A stretch of 64,000 nucleotides of DNA from Candidatus Hydrogenedentota bacterium (GCA_020849535.1 JADLGB010000006.1:43534-107533); one strand, 5' to 3'. Shown: positions 1 to 10,994, counted from the stretch's first letter. Made by a program: numbers and translations. The notes: generated by a model not told the origin, from the letters alone.

Positions 1-2
1 TC

Positions 3-3000
3 TCGGAACACCCCGTCATTCGTGTGGCGGCCCTTTCAGATTGGCCCCCTTTTGACTTCGCTGGCCCGGAGGGAGACTACACCGGTATTGACGCGGATGT
101 GGTCCGCCGTCTGGCGGAGTTAGCCGGGTTCCAGATTGAGGAAGTGCCAGGGAAATGGCCTGACCTCTACCGCATGCTACGGAATGGGGAGTTGGACCTG
201 TGTCCCGGCATGCAGGAATCGGCGGAGCGCCGGGAAGATGTCCTGTTCACGCATTCCTTCTTGAGCTTCCCACATGCCATCTATTCGCGCGGGGAACTTG
301 AGGGGGTGACTCGCGTTTCCGATCTGGCGGGAAAGCGTGTCGCGGTCGAGAGCAACTACTACGAGCACGAGTATCTCGCCAAAAACCACCCCGGGATCGA
401 GCTGGTCGTGGTGCCGAACTCGCTCGAAGCGCTCATCAAAGTCTCGAATGGCGAGGCGGAAGCCTATATCGGAAACGTGGCGGTATCGTCCTATCACATC
501 GACAAGAATGTTCTCACCAATCTCCACATGGGTTCCATGGCCGATCTGGGCCAGTTGGAGTTGACGATCGGTGTTCGCAAGGACTACCCGATACTTGTGG
601 GCATCCTGAACAAGGCCATTGCGGCGCTCACGCCCGAAGAGAAGCACGCGATCGTGCGGCGGCACGTGGTGGCGCGTCCTCAAGTCTCACTGACGGAGGA
701 GGAGCGTGCGTGGATCCGCGCGCATCCGGAGATCCGCTTGGGCATCGATCCCGAATTCGCTCCCTTCGAGTTTGCAGGGAAAGATGGTAAGTACCTGGGC
801 ATGGCATCGGATTATGTGCGCCTCTTGAACGACCGGATGGGGCTTAACATGCAGGTTGTCGAGAAGGGGTCCTGGGAGCAGGCCGTCTCGATGGCGAAGG
901 ACCGGGAACTGGATGTGCTGCCTTGTGTCGGACGCACGCGCGAGCGCGAAGCGCTCTATGTGTTCTCGCAGCCGTATCTGTCGTGGCACCGGGTCGTAAT
1001 CACCCGCCTCGACACGCCATTTACGGGAGATCTTCAGGATTTGGCGGACTACAGGGTGGCCGTTCAGAAGGGTTCATCGCACCACGGTTATATCGTGGAG
1101 AAAACTGCGCTCGATTTCATGCCATGTGAGACGTTTGAGGAAACGCTGATGGCTGTCGCACGGGGTGACGCGGACGCGGCCCTGGGCAATGCGGCCACCT
1201 CCGCATATTGGATTCGCAGCCTCGGACTCACCAATCTGAAGCTGGCCGTTCCCTTGGGCGACAGCGCCGACGACCTCCACTTCGCCGTCCGCAATGATTG
1301 GCCGGAACTGGCGGGCATCATCGACAAAGGACTGCAAAGCATCACAGAAGAAGAGGCCGTAACCATCCGCCAGAAGTGGATGGAGATCGATGTCCAGCCG
1401 GGGAACGATCTGCGGCGGATCGGCGCGGTAGTGGCGTTGACCATTGCGGCGGTCGTGCCGGTCCTTCTTCTCATCGCCGTCCATTACCGCAGGCTGCGTA
1501 GAGAAATGGAGGTGCGGCTGCGCACGCAGAGCGCGCTGGAGGCGAGCGAGGCGAACTACAGGACCTTGGTGGAAAGCGCGAACAGCGTCATCCTCCGCAT
1601 GAAGCCGGACGGCACGGTGACGTTCTTCAATACGTTCGCGGAACGCTTTCTCGAGTATTCCGCCAGCGAGATCGTTGGGAAAAGCGTGATTGGCACGATC
1701 GTGCCGGAAACCGATTCGGCGGGACGCGACCTGCGCAACTTGATGGAAGAGTTGGGCAGGGAACCCGAACGTTTTCAGGTCAACGAGAACGAAAATATGA
1801 CGAAGGCCGGGAGACGGGTGTGGATCGCCTGGACCAACCGGCCCCTTTATGACGCGCAGGGCAACCTGAGTGAAGTGCTTTGTGTTGGGAACGACGTGAC
1901 CGAGCCGCGCAAGACCGCGGACATGCTGCGGCGTTACGAGTTCATCGTGAACACCGTCGAGGAGATGATGAGTGTTGTCAGCGCGGAGGGTATCTACGAA
2001 GCCGTGAACGACGCGTGGTGCGCCATGGTGGGAGTGAGCCGGGAGGAAGCTGTTGGAAGCCCCGTGTCGGGGGTGTGGACGGAGGCGGTCTCGAACGAAT
2101 TCATCAAGCCGAGGATAGACGCGTGTCTGGCGGGGCAACGCGTTTCATACGAGACGATTCTAGACTTGCCCGCGAAGGGGAAACGGTACTGCGAGGTTCG
2201 GATGTATCCCTTCACGGGGCACACGCATGCGGTTACGTACGTGATCGTCGTGGCCAAGGACGTGACCGAACGGAAGAAGTACGAAGCCGAACTCGAGGAG
2301 GCCAAGCTGGCCGCTGAGGCGGGAAATCGGGCGAAGAGCGTGTTTCTTGCGAATATGTCGCATGAGATCCGGACCCCCATGAATGCGGTTCTCGGGTATA
2401 CGCAGCTTCTGCAGCGGATCCCGGGCTTGTCGCCGGAGCAGGAGTACGCGCTGGACGCGATCCGCCGCAGCGGCGATCATCTACTGCGGCTGATCAGCGA
2501 TATCCTCGAGCTTTCCCGGATCGAGTCGGGGCACACCCACCTCGAATTGACGACGTTTAACCTGAGCGAGATGTTGAACGACCTCGACGTCATGTTTCGT
2601 GTGAGGACGAACCACAAGCGAATTGCGTTCGAGGTGGAGGCGAGCGAGGATCTTCCCATTCATATTCGGGCCGATCGCAATCGCATCTTCCAGGTCCTCA
2701 TCAATCTGGTGGGAAACGCGCTGCGGCATACGGACCGGGGACGGGTCACCGTGCGGGCGCGCCGCAACCTTGAGGCGGCGTCCAGTCACACACACGTGCA
2801 TCTTCTGTTCGAAGTCGAGGATACCGGCCACGGGATCGAGGCCGCCGACCTGGAGGCCATATTCGGCAGCTTCGCGCAGGCGGGTTCCAAGGGTTCCCGG
2901 CAAGGAGGGGCTGGACTTGGGCTGACGATCAGCCGGAGCTTCGCGCGGATGATGGGCGGCGATGTATCGGTATCTTCGGAGCTTGGCAAAGGGACGTGTT

Positions 3001-3731
3001 TCCGGTTCACGGTTGCAGTTGAACTCGGCGATGCGCGCGACACCCGGGCGGCAGCGGCCCCGCGAAAGGTCCTGCGTCTGTGCGAGCGCCAACGAGGTAC
3101 GCGAGTCCTCATCGTGGACGATCGCGACACGAACAGGGACCTGCTGGGCCGGCTTCTAACGCATCTGGGTTTCAGCACAAGAGAGTCGGAGAATGGACTG
3201 GAGGCCCTGCAGGTCATGGAGGAATGGATGCCGCGAATCGTCCTCGTTGACCTGGTCATGCCGGTGATGGACGGGTGGGAGACGATCCGCCGCATCCGTG
3301 CGATGCCGGGTGGACGCGACACTGTGACCGTGATAGCGCTCACCGCAAGCACGATGAATGACATGAAGGACTCTGTCATCGCGGAAGGGGCAGACGCTTT
3401 TCTCTCGAAGCCTTTCCGCGAGGAGGAACTTCTCGAGGAAATGCGGTTGCACGCCGGATTGGAGTACATTTACAGCGACCGGAAGCCCACGAAGGATGAG
3501 GAACCCCATGAGGAACTCACGCTGGAGCTTGCGCGGAGCGCGCTCAGCAGGCTGCCGGAGGAATTGCGCACCCAACTGCGGTCGGTGGTCACGCGGGGCG
3601 CGATCAGCGAGTCTCGCGCGCTCGTGACGCGCGTGCGTGAATACGACACGGCGCTGGCCGAGATCCTGCACCGGCGCACGGAGAGTTATACACTGGAAGA
3701 GCTGGGTCCGCTCTGGAAAGAGGAAGTATGA
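3..3731 (+). CDS. BvgS/EvgS-like hybrid sensor histidine kinase (2 solute-binding domains, TM, 2 PAS, HisKA, HATPase, REC); 5' truncated by the window edge
   Basis: The frame is open from base 3 (SEHPVIRVAALSDWPPF), so the true start lies upstream. Two PBPb-type repeats, H-box FLANMSHEIRTPMN, G-box GAGLGL, REC motifs VLIVDD/VDLVMP/KP. Confidence 0.92.
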   Translation, partial: SEHPVIRVAALSDWPPFDFAGPEGDYTGIDADVVRRLAELAGFQIEEVPGKWPDLYRMLRNGELDLCPGMQESAERREDVLFTHSFLSFPHAIYSRGELEGVTRVSDLAGKRVAVESNYYEHEYLAKNHPGIELVVVPNSLEALIKVSNGEAEAYIGNVAVSSYHIDKNVLTNLHMGSMADLGQLELTIGVRKDYPILVGILNKAIAALTPEEKHAIVRRHVVARPQVSLTEEERAWIRAHPEIRLGIDPEFAPFEFAGKDGKYLGMASDYVRLLNDRMGLNMQVVEKGSWEQAVSMAKDRELDVLPCVGRTREREALYVFSQPYLSWHRVVITRLDTPFTGDLQDLADYRVAVQKGSSHHGYIVEKTALDFMPCETFEETLMAVARGDADAALGNAATSAYWIRSLGLTNLKLAVPLGDSADDLHFAVRNDWPELAGIIDKGLQSITEEEAVTIRQKWMEIDVQPGNDLRRIGAVVALTIAAVVPVLLLIAVHYRRLRREMEVRLRTQSALEASEANYRTLVESANSVILRMKPDGTVTFFNTFAERFLEYSASEIVGKSVIGTIVPETDSAGRDLRNLMEELGREPERFQVNENENMTKAGRRVWIAWTNRPLYDAQGNLSEVLCVGNDVTEPRKTADMLRRYEFIVNTVEEMMSVVSAEGIYEAVNDAWCAMVGVSREEAVGSPVSGVWTEAVSNEFIKPRIDACLAGQRVSYETILDLPAKGKRYCEVRMYPFTGHTHAVTYVIVVAKDVTERKKYEAELEEAKLAAEAGNRAKSVFLANMSHEIRTPMNAVLGYTQLLQRIPGLSPEQEYALDAIRRSGDHLLRLISDILELSRIESGHTHLELTTFNLSEMLNDLDVMFRVRTNHKRIAFEVEASEDLPIHIRADRNRIFQVLINLVGNALRHTDRGRVTVRARRNLEAASSHTHVHLLFEVEDTGHGIEAADLEAIFGSFAQAGSKGSRQGGAGLGLTISRSFARMMGGDVSVSSELGKGTCFRFTVAVELGDARDTRAAAAPRKVLRLCERQRGTRVLIVDDRDTNRDLLGRLLTHLGFSTRESENGLEALQVMEEWMPRIVLVDLVMPVMDGWETIRRIRAMPGGRDTVTVIALTASTMNDMKDSVIAEGADAFLSKPFREEELLEEMRLHAGLEYIYSDRKPTKDEEPHEELTLELARSALSRLPEELRTQLRSVVTRGAISESRALVTRVREYDTALAEILHRRTESYTLEELGPLWKEEV

Positions 3732-6046
3732 AGAATCAGGATACCTGGAACAGACCGGAGCTACAAGACTGCGACGTACTTATCGTGGATGACAATCCGG
3801 AGAACCTGAAAGTCTTGGGGGATTTCCTGGCGGCGCAAGGGTTCAATGTGCGAATCGCCAGGGATGGTAGCAAGGCCGTGGCCAGCGCGAAAGCCTCACC
3901 GCCGGATCTCATCCTGCTGGATATTCATATGCCCGTGATGGACGGGTATGAGGCCTGCCAGATTCTGAAAGCCACGCCCAGCCTTCAGGACATACCGGTG
4001 ATCTTCCTGAGTGCGCTGGGTGAAACGTTCAATGTGGTGAAGGGATTCGAGTGCGGCGGTGTGGACTACATCACCAAACCGTTCGAATTGGAGGAGGTGC
4101 GTATCCGAGTGAATACGCATCTTCAGATCCGGCGTCTGCTGGTGGAAAGCAGAGCGGGATTCCGCAGCAGTTTCGAGCAGTCCGTGGTGGGCATGTTTCA
4201 TCTGGATCTGGATGGACGGATTATTGCGGCAAACCGGCGCCTGTACGGGATGCTGGGGTACGGTCCTCACGAACTTCACATGAAGGCTATCGATGCCCTA
4301 GGCGCCGCGGCGTCCGATTCGTGCCTCACGGACGCCGTGAAGCGAATCGCCGCGGGCGAACGTATGGAAGCACCGGTAGAGGCGGAGTATCGCAAGAAGG
4401 ACGGCCAGGGTGTGCTGTGCAGAACCACGTTGTCCCTGGTCACTGTGGGTTCGCCGAGGGACCGTTATGTCGCAGGCATCGTGGAGGACATATCGGCCAT
4501 CAAACACGCGGAACGAAGCCTCGCGCGGCAGGCGGCGGCCTTGGAACAGGCCGCGGAATCGATCGTGATCACCGACGCCGACGGGATCGTGCAATACGTC
4601 AATCCGGCCTACGAGGCGGCCTCGGGCATGGCTCAGGAGGATTGCCTGGGCAGGCGGTTTCCAGTATTTGACTCGGCCCACGAAGACGGGGATGGGCAAC
4701 CCGGCGAGATTTGGCGGACAATTACTTCCGGCGAACCCTGGAAAGGGCGGATCGCGGGCGTGCGGAAGGAAGGGAAGGGGTATGTCGAGGAATACAGCAT
4801 AACGCCGGTGCGTGTCGCGGGAGCCGGAATTGTCAATTATGTGTCCGTGGCGAGAGATATCACCGGGCAATTGCAGCTCGAAGAGCAGTTGCGGCAGGCG
4901 CAGAAGATGGAGGCCATCGGCACGCTTGCCGCGGGGATCGCGCACGATTTCAACAATGTACTATCCGGCATTGTCGGTTTCGCGGAGCTGGCCCTGGACG
5001 AGCTGCCCGCGGACGGCAGCGCGCGCGACAGCATTGGGGAAATCCTCAGGGCCTCCGAGCGGGCGCGCGAGCTGATCGCGCAAATCCTTGCCTTCAGCCG
5101 GCACAAGGAATCGCGGGTGGCGTCAATCCATGTTCAAGACGTGGTCCGAGATACACTCAAACTGGTGCAGCGGTCCATTTCGCCGAGCATTGAGGTTGTA
5201 GCGGAGCTGGCGGATGATTGCGGCCCGGTCATGGCGGACCCGTCGGGGATTCACCAGATTGTGATGAATCTGTGCACCAATGCCTACCATTCCATGCAGG
5301 GCACGGATGGCCGCTTGAACGTGCGAATCACGCAGACAGAAATCGACAAGGAGTATCTACAAGGACATCCCAATCTGTTGCCCGGCACTTACATTCGTCT
5401 GGAGGTGAGCGATACTGGGCATGGGATGGACAAAGCGACTATGCAGCGCATCTTCGAGCCGTACTTCACGACAAAGGGCGTGGGAAAGGGAACGGGGCTC
5501 GGGTTGTCGACCGTCCACGGCATCGTGAAGAGTTTGAACGGGACAATCAATGTTTATAGTGAAGTGGGAGTGGGGTCGACGTTTGCCATACTCCTGCCCG
5601 TGGCCCAGAGGGAGGAGCCGTCGGGCCTGCCCGCGCACACCAAGGGCACGCCGGACATCAGCGGTAACGAACGGATTCTATTCGTGGACGATGAAGAGTC
5701 CATTTGCCTCTTCGTGGAAGCGGCACTGAGCCGGCTCGGGTACAAGGTAGTCACGCTGACCGATCCCGTGCACGCCCTCGAACTACTCAAGTCGAGCCCA
5801 ATCCCGTTCGATGCTGTCGTTACTGATGAGGTCATGCCGGGAATCAGGGGGACGGAACTGTGCAGCCATATCTGGCGAATCAAACCCAATCTCCCGGTGA
5901 TTCTGTGCTGCGGTTACCCGGCAGCCGTTCGAAGCACTCCCGGAGAAGAGGGCACATTTGCCGCAAGCCTGACCAAGCCCATGAATGTTTCCGATCTGGC
6001 AAGGACCATTCGCGAGGTGGTGGGAAAGAAGCCCAACGGGAAGTGA
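3728..6046 (+). CDS. Cytoplasmic hybrid histidine kinase, REC-PAS-PAS-HisKA-HATPase-REC
   Basis: N-terminal REC (VLIVDD, LLDIHMP), QAQKMEAIGTLAAGIAHDFNN H-box, FTTKGVGKGTGLGL, C-terminal REC. ATGA overlap with the upstream kinase. Confidence 0.93.
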   Translation: MKNQDTWNRPELQDCDVLIVDDNPENLKVLGDFLAAQGFNVRIARDGSKAVASAKASPPDLILLDIHMPVMDGYEACQILKATPSLQDIPVIFLSALGETFNVVKGFECGGVDYITKPFELEEVRIRVNTHLQIRRLLVESRAGFRSSFEQSVVGMFHLDLDGRIIAANRRLYGMLGYGPHELHMKAIDALGAAASDSCLTDAVKRIAAGERMEAPVEAEYRKKDGQGVLCRTTLSLVTVGSPRDRYVAGIVEDISAIKHAERSLARQAAALEQAAESIVITDADGIVQYVNPAYEAASGMAQEDCLGRRFPVFDSAHEDGDGQPGEIWRTITSGEPWKGRIAGVRKEGKGYVEEYSITPVRVAGAGIVNYVSVARDITGQLQLEEQLRQAQKMEAIGTLAAGIAHDFNNVLSGIVGFAELALDELPADGSARDSIGEILRASERARELIAQILAFSRHKESRVASIHVQDVVRDTLKLVQRSISPSIEVVAELADDCGPVMADPSGIHQIVMNLCTNAYHSMQGTDGRLNVRITQTEIDKEYLQGHPNLLPGTYIRLEVSDTGHGMDKATMQRIFEPYFTTKGVGKGTGLGLSTVHGIVKSLNGTINVYSEVGVGSTFAILLPVAQREEPSGLPAHTKGTPDISGNERILFVDDEESICLFVEAALSRLGYKVVTLTDPVHALELLKSSPIPFDAVVTDEVMPGIRGTELCSHIWRIKPNLPVILCCGYPAAVRSTPGEEGTFAASLTKPMNVSDLARTIREVVGKKPNGK

Positions 6047-6073
6047 TGGAACGGCAGGCGAGGGCACCGGTAC

Positions 6074-7441
6074 CTACAGACCATATTCCGCAGGGATAAA
6101 CTCGCCGGAGAATTGGGCCATGTACGACGCGGCAGCGTTGTCGCCCTGGGCCTCGTAGGAGTCCAGCCCCGCCATGAGCATTTCGAGCCAAGGGATTTCG
6201 ATGTCCGGCAGGCTCAAACGTTTGCTCTCGACAGCTTCTCCAATGATCAGCAGGGCTTCGCGTCCCGCACGCAGCGTGCGCTTAGCGCGATCGGGCGTTG
6301 AGATGATTGCGCGCGCGATGCGGATGCTCGACACCGGTGTCAGCACGAGCGCTTCCGCGCTGGTGGCGGCGTCTGAGTTCGCAAGCCAATTGCGCAACTG
6401 AAGCGCACCGCCCGAGCGCCGGGCTTCATTCATCAGCTTGCAGTCATACCAAAGCTGTTCCAGCATGACCTCCGGCGAGTAGCCGCCGAACATCTGCACG
6501 TAGGGCACGGACTCGTTGCTCCAGGTATCGCAGCAAGACATGGCCACATTGCCGATGGGGCTGGTGTGCGCGCAGGCCGCGGACTTGCCTTCCATGGCGA
6601 TGGGAATGCCCGCGATGGCTTTAAGGATCGGCCCTTCGTAGGCGCAATCCTTGTCGGGGCCGGTGGCGCCGCATTCGAGGGCCACGAGCGAACGGGCTGC
6701 GCCCATGGCACGCACCATCCCGGCAAACACGGTGGGCACCATACGCTTGCGGGCCAACTGCATGGACGTGTTGGCAAAACCGCATGCGGCATCGCCTCCG
6801 GCGACTTTGCCGTGTGCGGCGGCAATGGCGCACACGCGATTCCAGAGGAATTCCATATCGTTTGAGGCCAGCACGCCGAGGGCGAAGACCATGCCCCCCG
6901 CGTCGCACTGAAGGATGGCTTTGTCGGAGACTTCCTTGCCACCGGTGGATTCGATCGAGAGGATATCGGAGTACGGGGCGCAGCGCTCGAACGTCTCGAA
7001 CACGAGTTGTGTTTCGGCGCTGGTACGATTGCGCGGGGGACGGACGCGGTCGCGGATGTCGGCAACGGTGGTGCGGAGGGCGGCATGCACGCCCTTGGGT
7101 TGAAACTCGTCGATGACTTCGCGTGTCGCGCGGATGACGCGTTCCCCCCACTCCGGATTCGCGGTCATCTCGAAGACGAGTTCAATCTCGATGATGAGTT
7201 TCGCGACACCGAGGTCGGCGGCGCGCGTCATCACGCCGAGCGCCATCTTGCGGTACAGTTCGACGACCGCGTCGATAGTCGCTGCGCTCACCTCCGTGGC
7301 ATACGGAACGATGTAGTTGATCTCGGGGATGGTCTCCCCCGCTCCGACTGTTATCCCTTGTGACACGCGCACGGGGTGGGGGGCGACACCAAACTGGAGA
7401 TCATCAACAGAGTCGATCGCAAGTGAAGCGAACGTGGGCAC
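6074..7441 (-). CDS. mtaB: Methanol:corrinoid methyltransferase MtaB family
   Basis: Motifs [48 protein letters not shown] and WSNESV match MtaB. The Zn ligands (equivalents of Glu164/Cys220/Cys269) are retained. GTG start at 7441, just after the upstream stop, gives about 455 aa. Confidence 0.88.
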   Translation of the reverse strand: MPTFASLAIDSVDDLQFGVAPHPVRVSQGITVGAGETIPEINYIVPYATEVSAATIDAVVELYRKMALGVMTRAADLGVAKLIIEIELVFEMTANPEWGERVIRATREVIDEFQPKGVHAALRTTVADIRDRVRPPRNRTSAETQLVFETFERCAPYSDILSIESTGGKEVSDKAILQCDAGGMVFALGVLASNDMEFLWNRVCAIAAAHGKVAGGDAACGFANTSMQLARKRMVPTVFAGMVRAMGAARSLVALECGATGPDKDCAYEGPILKAIAGIPIAMEGKSAACAHTSPIGNVAMSCCDTWSNESVPYVQMFGGYSPEVMLEQLWYDCKLMNEARRSGGALQLRNWLANSDAATSAEALVLTPVSSIRIARAIISTPDRAKRTLRAGREALLIIGEAVESKRLSLPDIEIPWLEMLMAGLDSYEAQGDNAAASYMAQFSGEFIPAEYGL

Positions 7442-7442
7442 G

Positions 7443-8351
7443 TCAGCTTTTCCCCGCTGAATGGAGGCCATCCCGGACGGCTGCCGCAATTGCGCGAATG
7501 TGGTCAGGTCCTGTGCCGCAGCAGCCGCCAATGATGTTGGCCCCCGCTTTGATGAGTTCGGGCACGCGAGACGCCATCATCTGCGGCGTTTCGGGATAAG
7601 TGATGCCGCCATCATCGGCACGGTGAGGCATGCCGGCGTTTGGATGAACGAGGATGGGGACAGCAGGCGCGGCCGCGCGAAGGTCGCGGATGACTTCGAT
7701 CATTTCCACTGGTCCGAGGCTGCAGTTGGCGCCGAGGATGTCCGCCCCCTCATTGAGCATCCCCGCGGCCATGTCCGCGATGGAGACGCCCATCATGGTG
7801 CGGTAGCCCGTGTCGGTGCGCATGTTGAAGGTGAATGAGGCCACGACTTCCAGAGCGGTGTTTTCTTTCACCGCGCGCACGGCAATGGCGGCCTCGTCGA
7901 GCGCGGCCATGGTTTCCACGCTGCACGCGTCCGCTCCGCCGCGTTCCAGAGCGATCGCCTGTTCGGCGAAGGCCTCGTAGAGCTGCTCTTCCGCTACGTC
8001 GCCCATCATGAGCAGTTTGCCAGTGGGGCCCATGGAAGCGAGGACGTGGAGGGTGTTGCCCGCGATTTCACGAGACAGGCGTGCAGCGGCTTCATTGAGT
8101 TCGGGCGCGCGGCGTGCAAGGCCGTGGGGTTCCAGCGTGATGCGGGAGCCTCCGAAACTGTTGGTCATGATGATGTCGGCGCCCGCATCAGCGTACGACT
8201 TGGCAATGTTTCTCACGACGTCCGGGTGTTCGACATTCCAGAGTTCAGGGCACTCGCCCGCCCCCAGGCCAGCGGCGACGAGGAAGGTCCCCCATCCTCC
8301 ATCGGAGACAAGAATGCCTTTCCGTGCGATGTCATCTCGGATGCTCTTCAT
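7443..8351 (-). CDS. Homocysteine S-methyltransferase family protein (stand-alone MetH N-terminal domain)
   Basis: [24 protein letters not shown] and [13 protein letters not shown]n-binding motifs. Start MKSIR at 8351. Confidence 0.9.
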   Translation of the reverse strand: MKSIRDDIARKGILVSDGGWGTFLVAAGLGAGECPELWNVEHPDVVRNIAKSYADAGADIIMTNSFGGSRITLEPHGLARRAPELNEAAARLSREIAGNTLHVLASMGPTGKLLMMGDVAEEQLYEAFAEQAIALERGGADACSVETMAALDEAAIAVRAVKENTALEVVASFTFNMRTDTGYRTMMGVSIADMAAGMLNEGADILGANCSLGPVEMIEVIRDLRAAAPAVPILVHPNAGMPHRADDGGITYPETPQMMASRVPELIKAGANIIGGCCGTGPDHIRAIAAAVRDGLHSAGKS

Positions 8352-8368
8352 TGTACCCCCTGAACCAG

Positions 8369-9082
8369 TCATCTTCTGCGAAAGCAGGTTTTCATCGTAC
8401 AGACCATGCATGCATTCGTCGCGCGCTCGCACTCGGGACCCATGCCGATGAGGCCGCTGACGGATTTCACCGGGAGCATGAGGGCGGTCTCCGTGAGCGA
8501 GATTCCGCAAAAAGCACGCGGAAACAAGGAAAACAGCGCATGTTGTTCGGAGACATCCCACTCGCAGAAACCGGGGCTGAAGCGGCTCGTGGTGAAGCAG
8601 CCCAGCCCGATCGCGTAGTCGATAACTCGCTCTTCGATCCAATCGGCGGCGCGTTCGACAAGCTCCGAGCCTATGGTGTCCGCGACATACCCCCGGACGG
8701 GGTCGCCAGCCGCGAACTGGGCGCGAATCCAGGTGTCCACTTCGGGTCCGGCCGTCGCGGCGTAGAGCGCCACCTCCCGCGCACCCGACAGCAGACCCGC
8801 GATCCGCTCACCCGGATGGAATACCGTGCCGCCCAAGTGCACGCTCATGCCGTCCAAGTGGACGTCCGCGGGATGAAACAGTCGAACTCCCGCTTTCGCG
8901 TTGGCGTGGCGTTGTGCCTCAATGAGCAGTTCCGCGATCACGCCCGGGACAGGGTCGGGCGCTTGCCCTGGTTCATAGCCCATGGCCCATTCGACATGGG
9001 TGGGATTCAGCGCAAGGGTCTCGAATTCAACTGAGTACTCCACGCCGTCGAGGAGCGGAGCATCTACTTCCAGGAAGTTCAT
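8369..9082 (-). CDS. Stand-alone B12-dependent methionine synthase activation-domain protein
   Basis: RFSPGFCEW, GISLTETALMLPVKSVSGLIG and a C-terminal CxxCxxxxC. Start codon uncertain. Confidence 0.8.
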   Translation of the reverse strand: MNFLEVDAPLLDGVEYSVEFETLALNPTHVEWAMGYEPGQAPDPVPGVIAELLIEAQRHANAKAGVRLFHPADVHLDGMSVHLGGTVFHPGERIAGLLSGAREVALYAATAGPEVDTWIRAQFAAGDPVRGYVADTIGSELVERAADWIEERVIDYAIGLGCFTTSRFSPGFCEWDVSEQHALFSLFPRAFCGISLTETALMLPVKSVSGLIGMGPECERATNACMVCTMKTCFRRR

Positions 9083-9179
9083 ACTGCATAGTTCCGATAG
9101 GGCGCGGCATTGCCGGCGTATGGGCGGCGCCATGTGAGCGTTGGCGAAACCGTCCAGCGTCGCGTCCGCAAGCGATCCC

Positions 9180-9848
9180 TCAGGCGACGGCGCCCACCAG
9201 GTAATCGAGCGCGCCTTGCGGGTCGGGTGCGTAGGCGTCCGCACCGATCTTCTTGGCGTACTCAGCGGTCAGCGGAGCGCCGCCGACGATGATCTTGGTG
9301 TCGGGATGCTGCGTGCGCACGGCCGCCACAGTCTTCTCCATATTGACCATGGTCGTGGTCAGCAGCGCACTCAAGCCGACCGCGCTTCCTGGGTGAGACT
9401 TGAGTGCATCCAGAAACTTTTCGGTGCTGACATCCACGCCGAGGTCGATGACTTCCCAGCCGCCGCCTTCCATCACCATGCTGACGAGGTTCTTGCCGAT
9501 GTCATGGAGGTCGCCCTGCACGGTACCGATGATGAAGGTGCCGCGATGCTTGGCCTCTCCGGACTCGAAGAAGGGTTTCAGGTGCACCATGGCCGCCTGC
9601 ATGGCCTTGGACGCCATCAGGAGATCGGGCACGAAGACCTTGTTCTCGCTGAACTTTCTGCCGATGGAGTTCATGCCCACCACCAGCCCCTGGGCGAGCA
9701 CTTCACTCGGCGAAACACCCATTTCGAGGGCGGCCTTGGTGAGTTCGTGGGCGCCATCCTGACCCTTCAGGTCGGGTGGGTAGGGTGATGTGGCGTTGAC
9801 TTTGCCGCGTTCGATGCATGTCGCAATACGTTGAAGAATGTCGTCCAT
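9180..9848 (-). CDS. Corrinoid (cobalamin-binding) protein, MtaC-like
   Basis: Cap domain FVPDLLMAS, then GTVQGDLHDIGKNLV (DxHxxG), GLSALLTTT, IVGGAP. GGGAGG RBS. Confidence 0.93.
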   Translation of the reverse strand: MDDILQRIATCIERGKVNATSPYPPDLKGQDGAHELTKAALEMGVSPSEVLAQGLVVGMNSIGRKFSENKVFVPDLLMASKAMQAAMVHLKPFFESGEAKHRGTFIIGTVQGDLHDIGKNLVSMVMEGGGWEVIDLGVDVSTEKFLDALKSHPGSAVGLSALLTTTMVNMEKTVAAVRTQHPDTKIIVGGAPLTAEYAKKIGADAYAPDPQGALDYLVGAVA

Positions 9849-9881
9849 GATGCCTCCCTCTCTTCCCGTAGAATCCGGCCT

Positions 9882-10994
9882 TTAGTATCGGCCCAATTCC
9901 ATGCCCCGTTCAACAAAAAAGCGATAACTGTCGTACTCCACCTGGTCCGGGATGGAGTGGTCCGAGTGCAAGACGTAGCCAAACCGGCCTTTGACCACTG
10001 GGATCTTCTGGCGAAGTTCCGCATCGATACGCTGGCGGTCGTTCGAGTACAACACGCGCACGTCGATGCCCCCCATCAAGGATAAGCGTTCGCCATAGTC
10101 CCGGTAAAGTGCGAGCAGATCCATGCCGGCCTTCACCTCGATGACTTGAAGGCAATCAATGCCTGCTTCGAGCATGCCGGGCAGGAGCGGCTCCACGTAG
10201 CCGCAGGAGTGCATGATGACCGGCAGGCCGTGGCTGCGCGCGAAGTCGATGGTGCTGCGGTGGCCCGGCTGGATGATGGCGCGGTACATGTCCAGGGAGA
10301 AGAAGGGTCGGCCCTTGAAGCCCATGTCCTCGTAGAACCAGAGGCCATCGGGATAGCCCTCTTCGGCGAAGAGGATCTCCATGAGGCTCACCGCCAGACG
10401 GGAGTAGGTGTCGACCATGTCGCACACCCATTCGGGGTCCACGGCCATCCCCATCAGCATGTACTCGTGCCCGCAAACCGGGTGCATCATCTCAAACACG
10501 TTGGTGCCCGACCACGCGAAGAAGCGGTTGCCTTCCCGCGCCTGGCGCCGGGCGTTGCGATACCCCTCGAAATCGATGCGGGCGCGGTCCGGCGAGAGAT
10601 GGGGCTTGGCGTGCTCTTCCCAGGTGGCGCGGTCGCGCACGAGAAAATCCACGTGCTCCGGGGTCGCGTCGTGGAGCTTGTGGCGGCGCAGGACCGCGCC
10701 GTTCCCGTCGCGGGTCAGAACGGTCTCCTCATTCTCGTCGATGATCTCCGGGACGTAGTCCAGTCTGGCCGTCATGTTGAAGGGCCAGAAGAGTTGGAGG
10801 TCGAAGTTGAAATGGTCTTCCAGCGATTCGCCGGGGCGGAGGTGGCCCGCGGCGGTCCACTTCTTCTGGGTGTCGCCCCAGAAGTGCTCGTACAACCCGA
10901 TGCGGTCGACGGGCTTTCGCTTGAGAATGTTGCCGATGCGCTCGACGCCGGTCATGAGGGACTTGCTTTCAATATTTGGGATCGCCGCCGACAT
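9882..10994 (-). CDS. Uroporphyrinogen decarboxylase-fold (MtaA/CmuA-like) methyltransferase family protein
   Basis: EDMG, IMHSCG, LMGGID, SDHSIP motifs. GGAGG RBS before 10994. Confidence 0.85.
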   Translation of the reverse strand: MSAAIPNIESKSLMTGVERIGNILKRKPVDRIGLYEHFWGDTQKKWTAAGHLRPGESLEDHFNFDLQLFWPFNMTARLDYVPEIIDENEETVLTRDGNGAVLRRHKLHDATPEHVDFLVRDRATWEEHAKPHLSPDRARIDFEGYRNARRQAREGNRFFAWSGTNVFEMMHPVCGHEYMLMGMAVDPEWVCDMVDTYSRLAVSLMEILFAEEGYPDGLWFYEDMGFKGRPFFSLDMYRAIIQPGHRSTIDFARSHGLPVIMHSCGYVEPLLPGMLEAGIDCLQVIEVKAGMDLLALYRDYGERLSLMGGIDVRVLYSNDRQRIDAELRQKIPVVKGRFGYVLHSDHSIPDQVEYDSYRFFVERGMELGRY

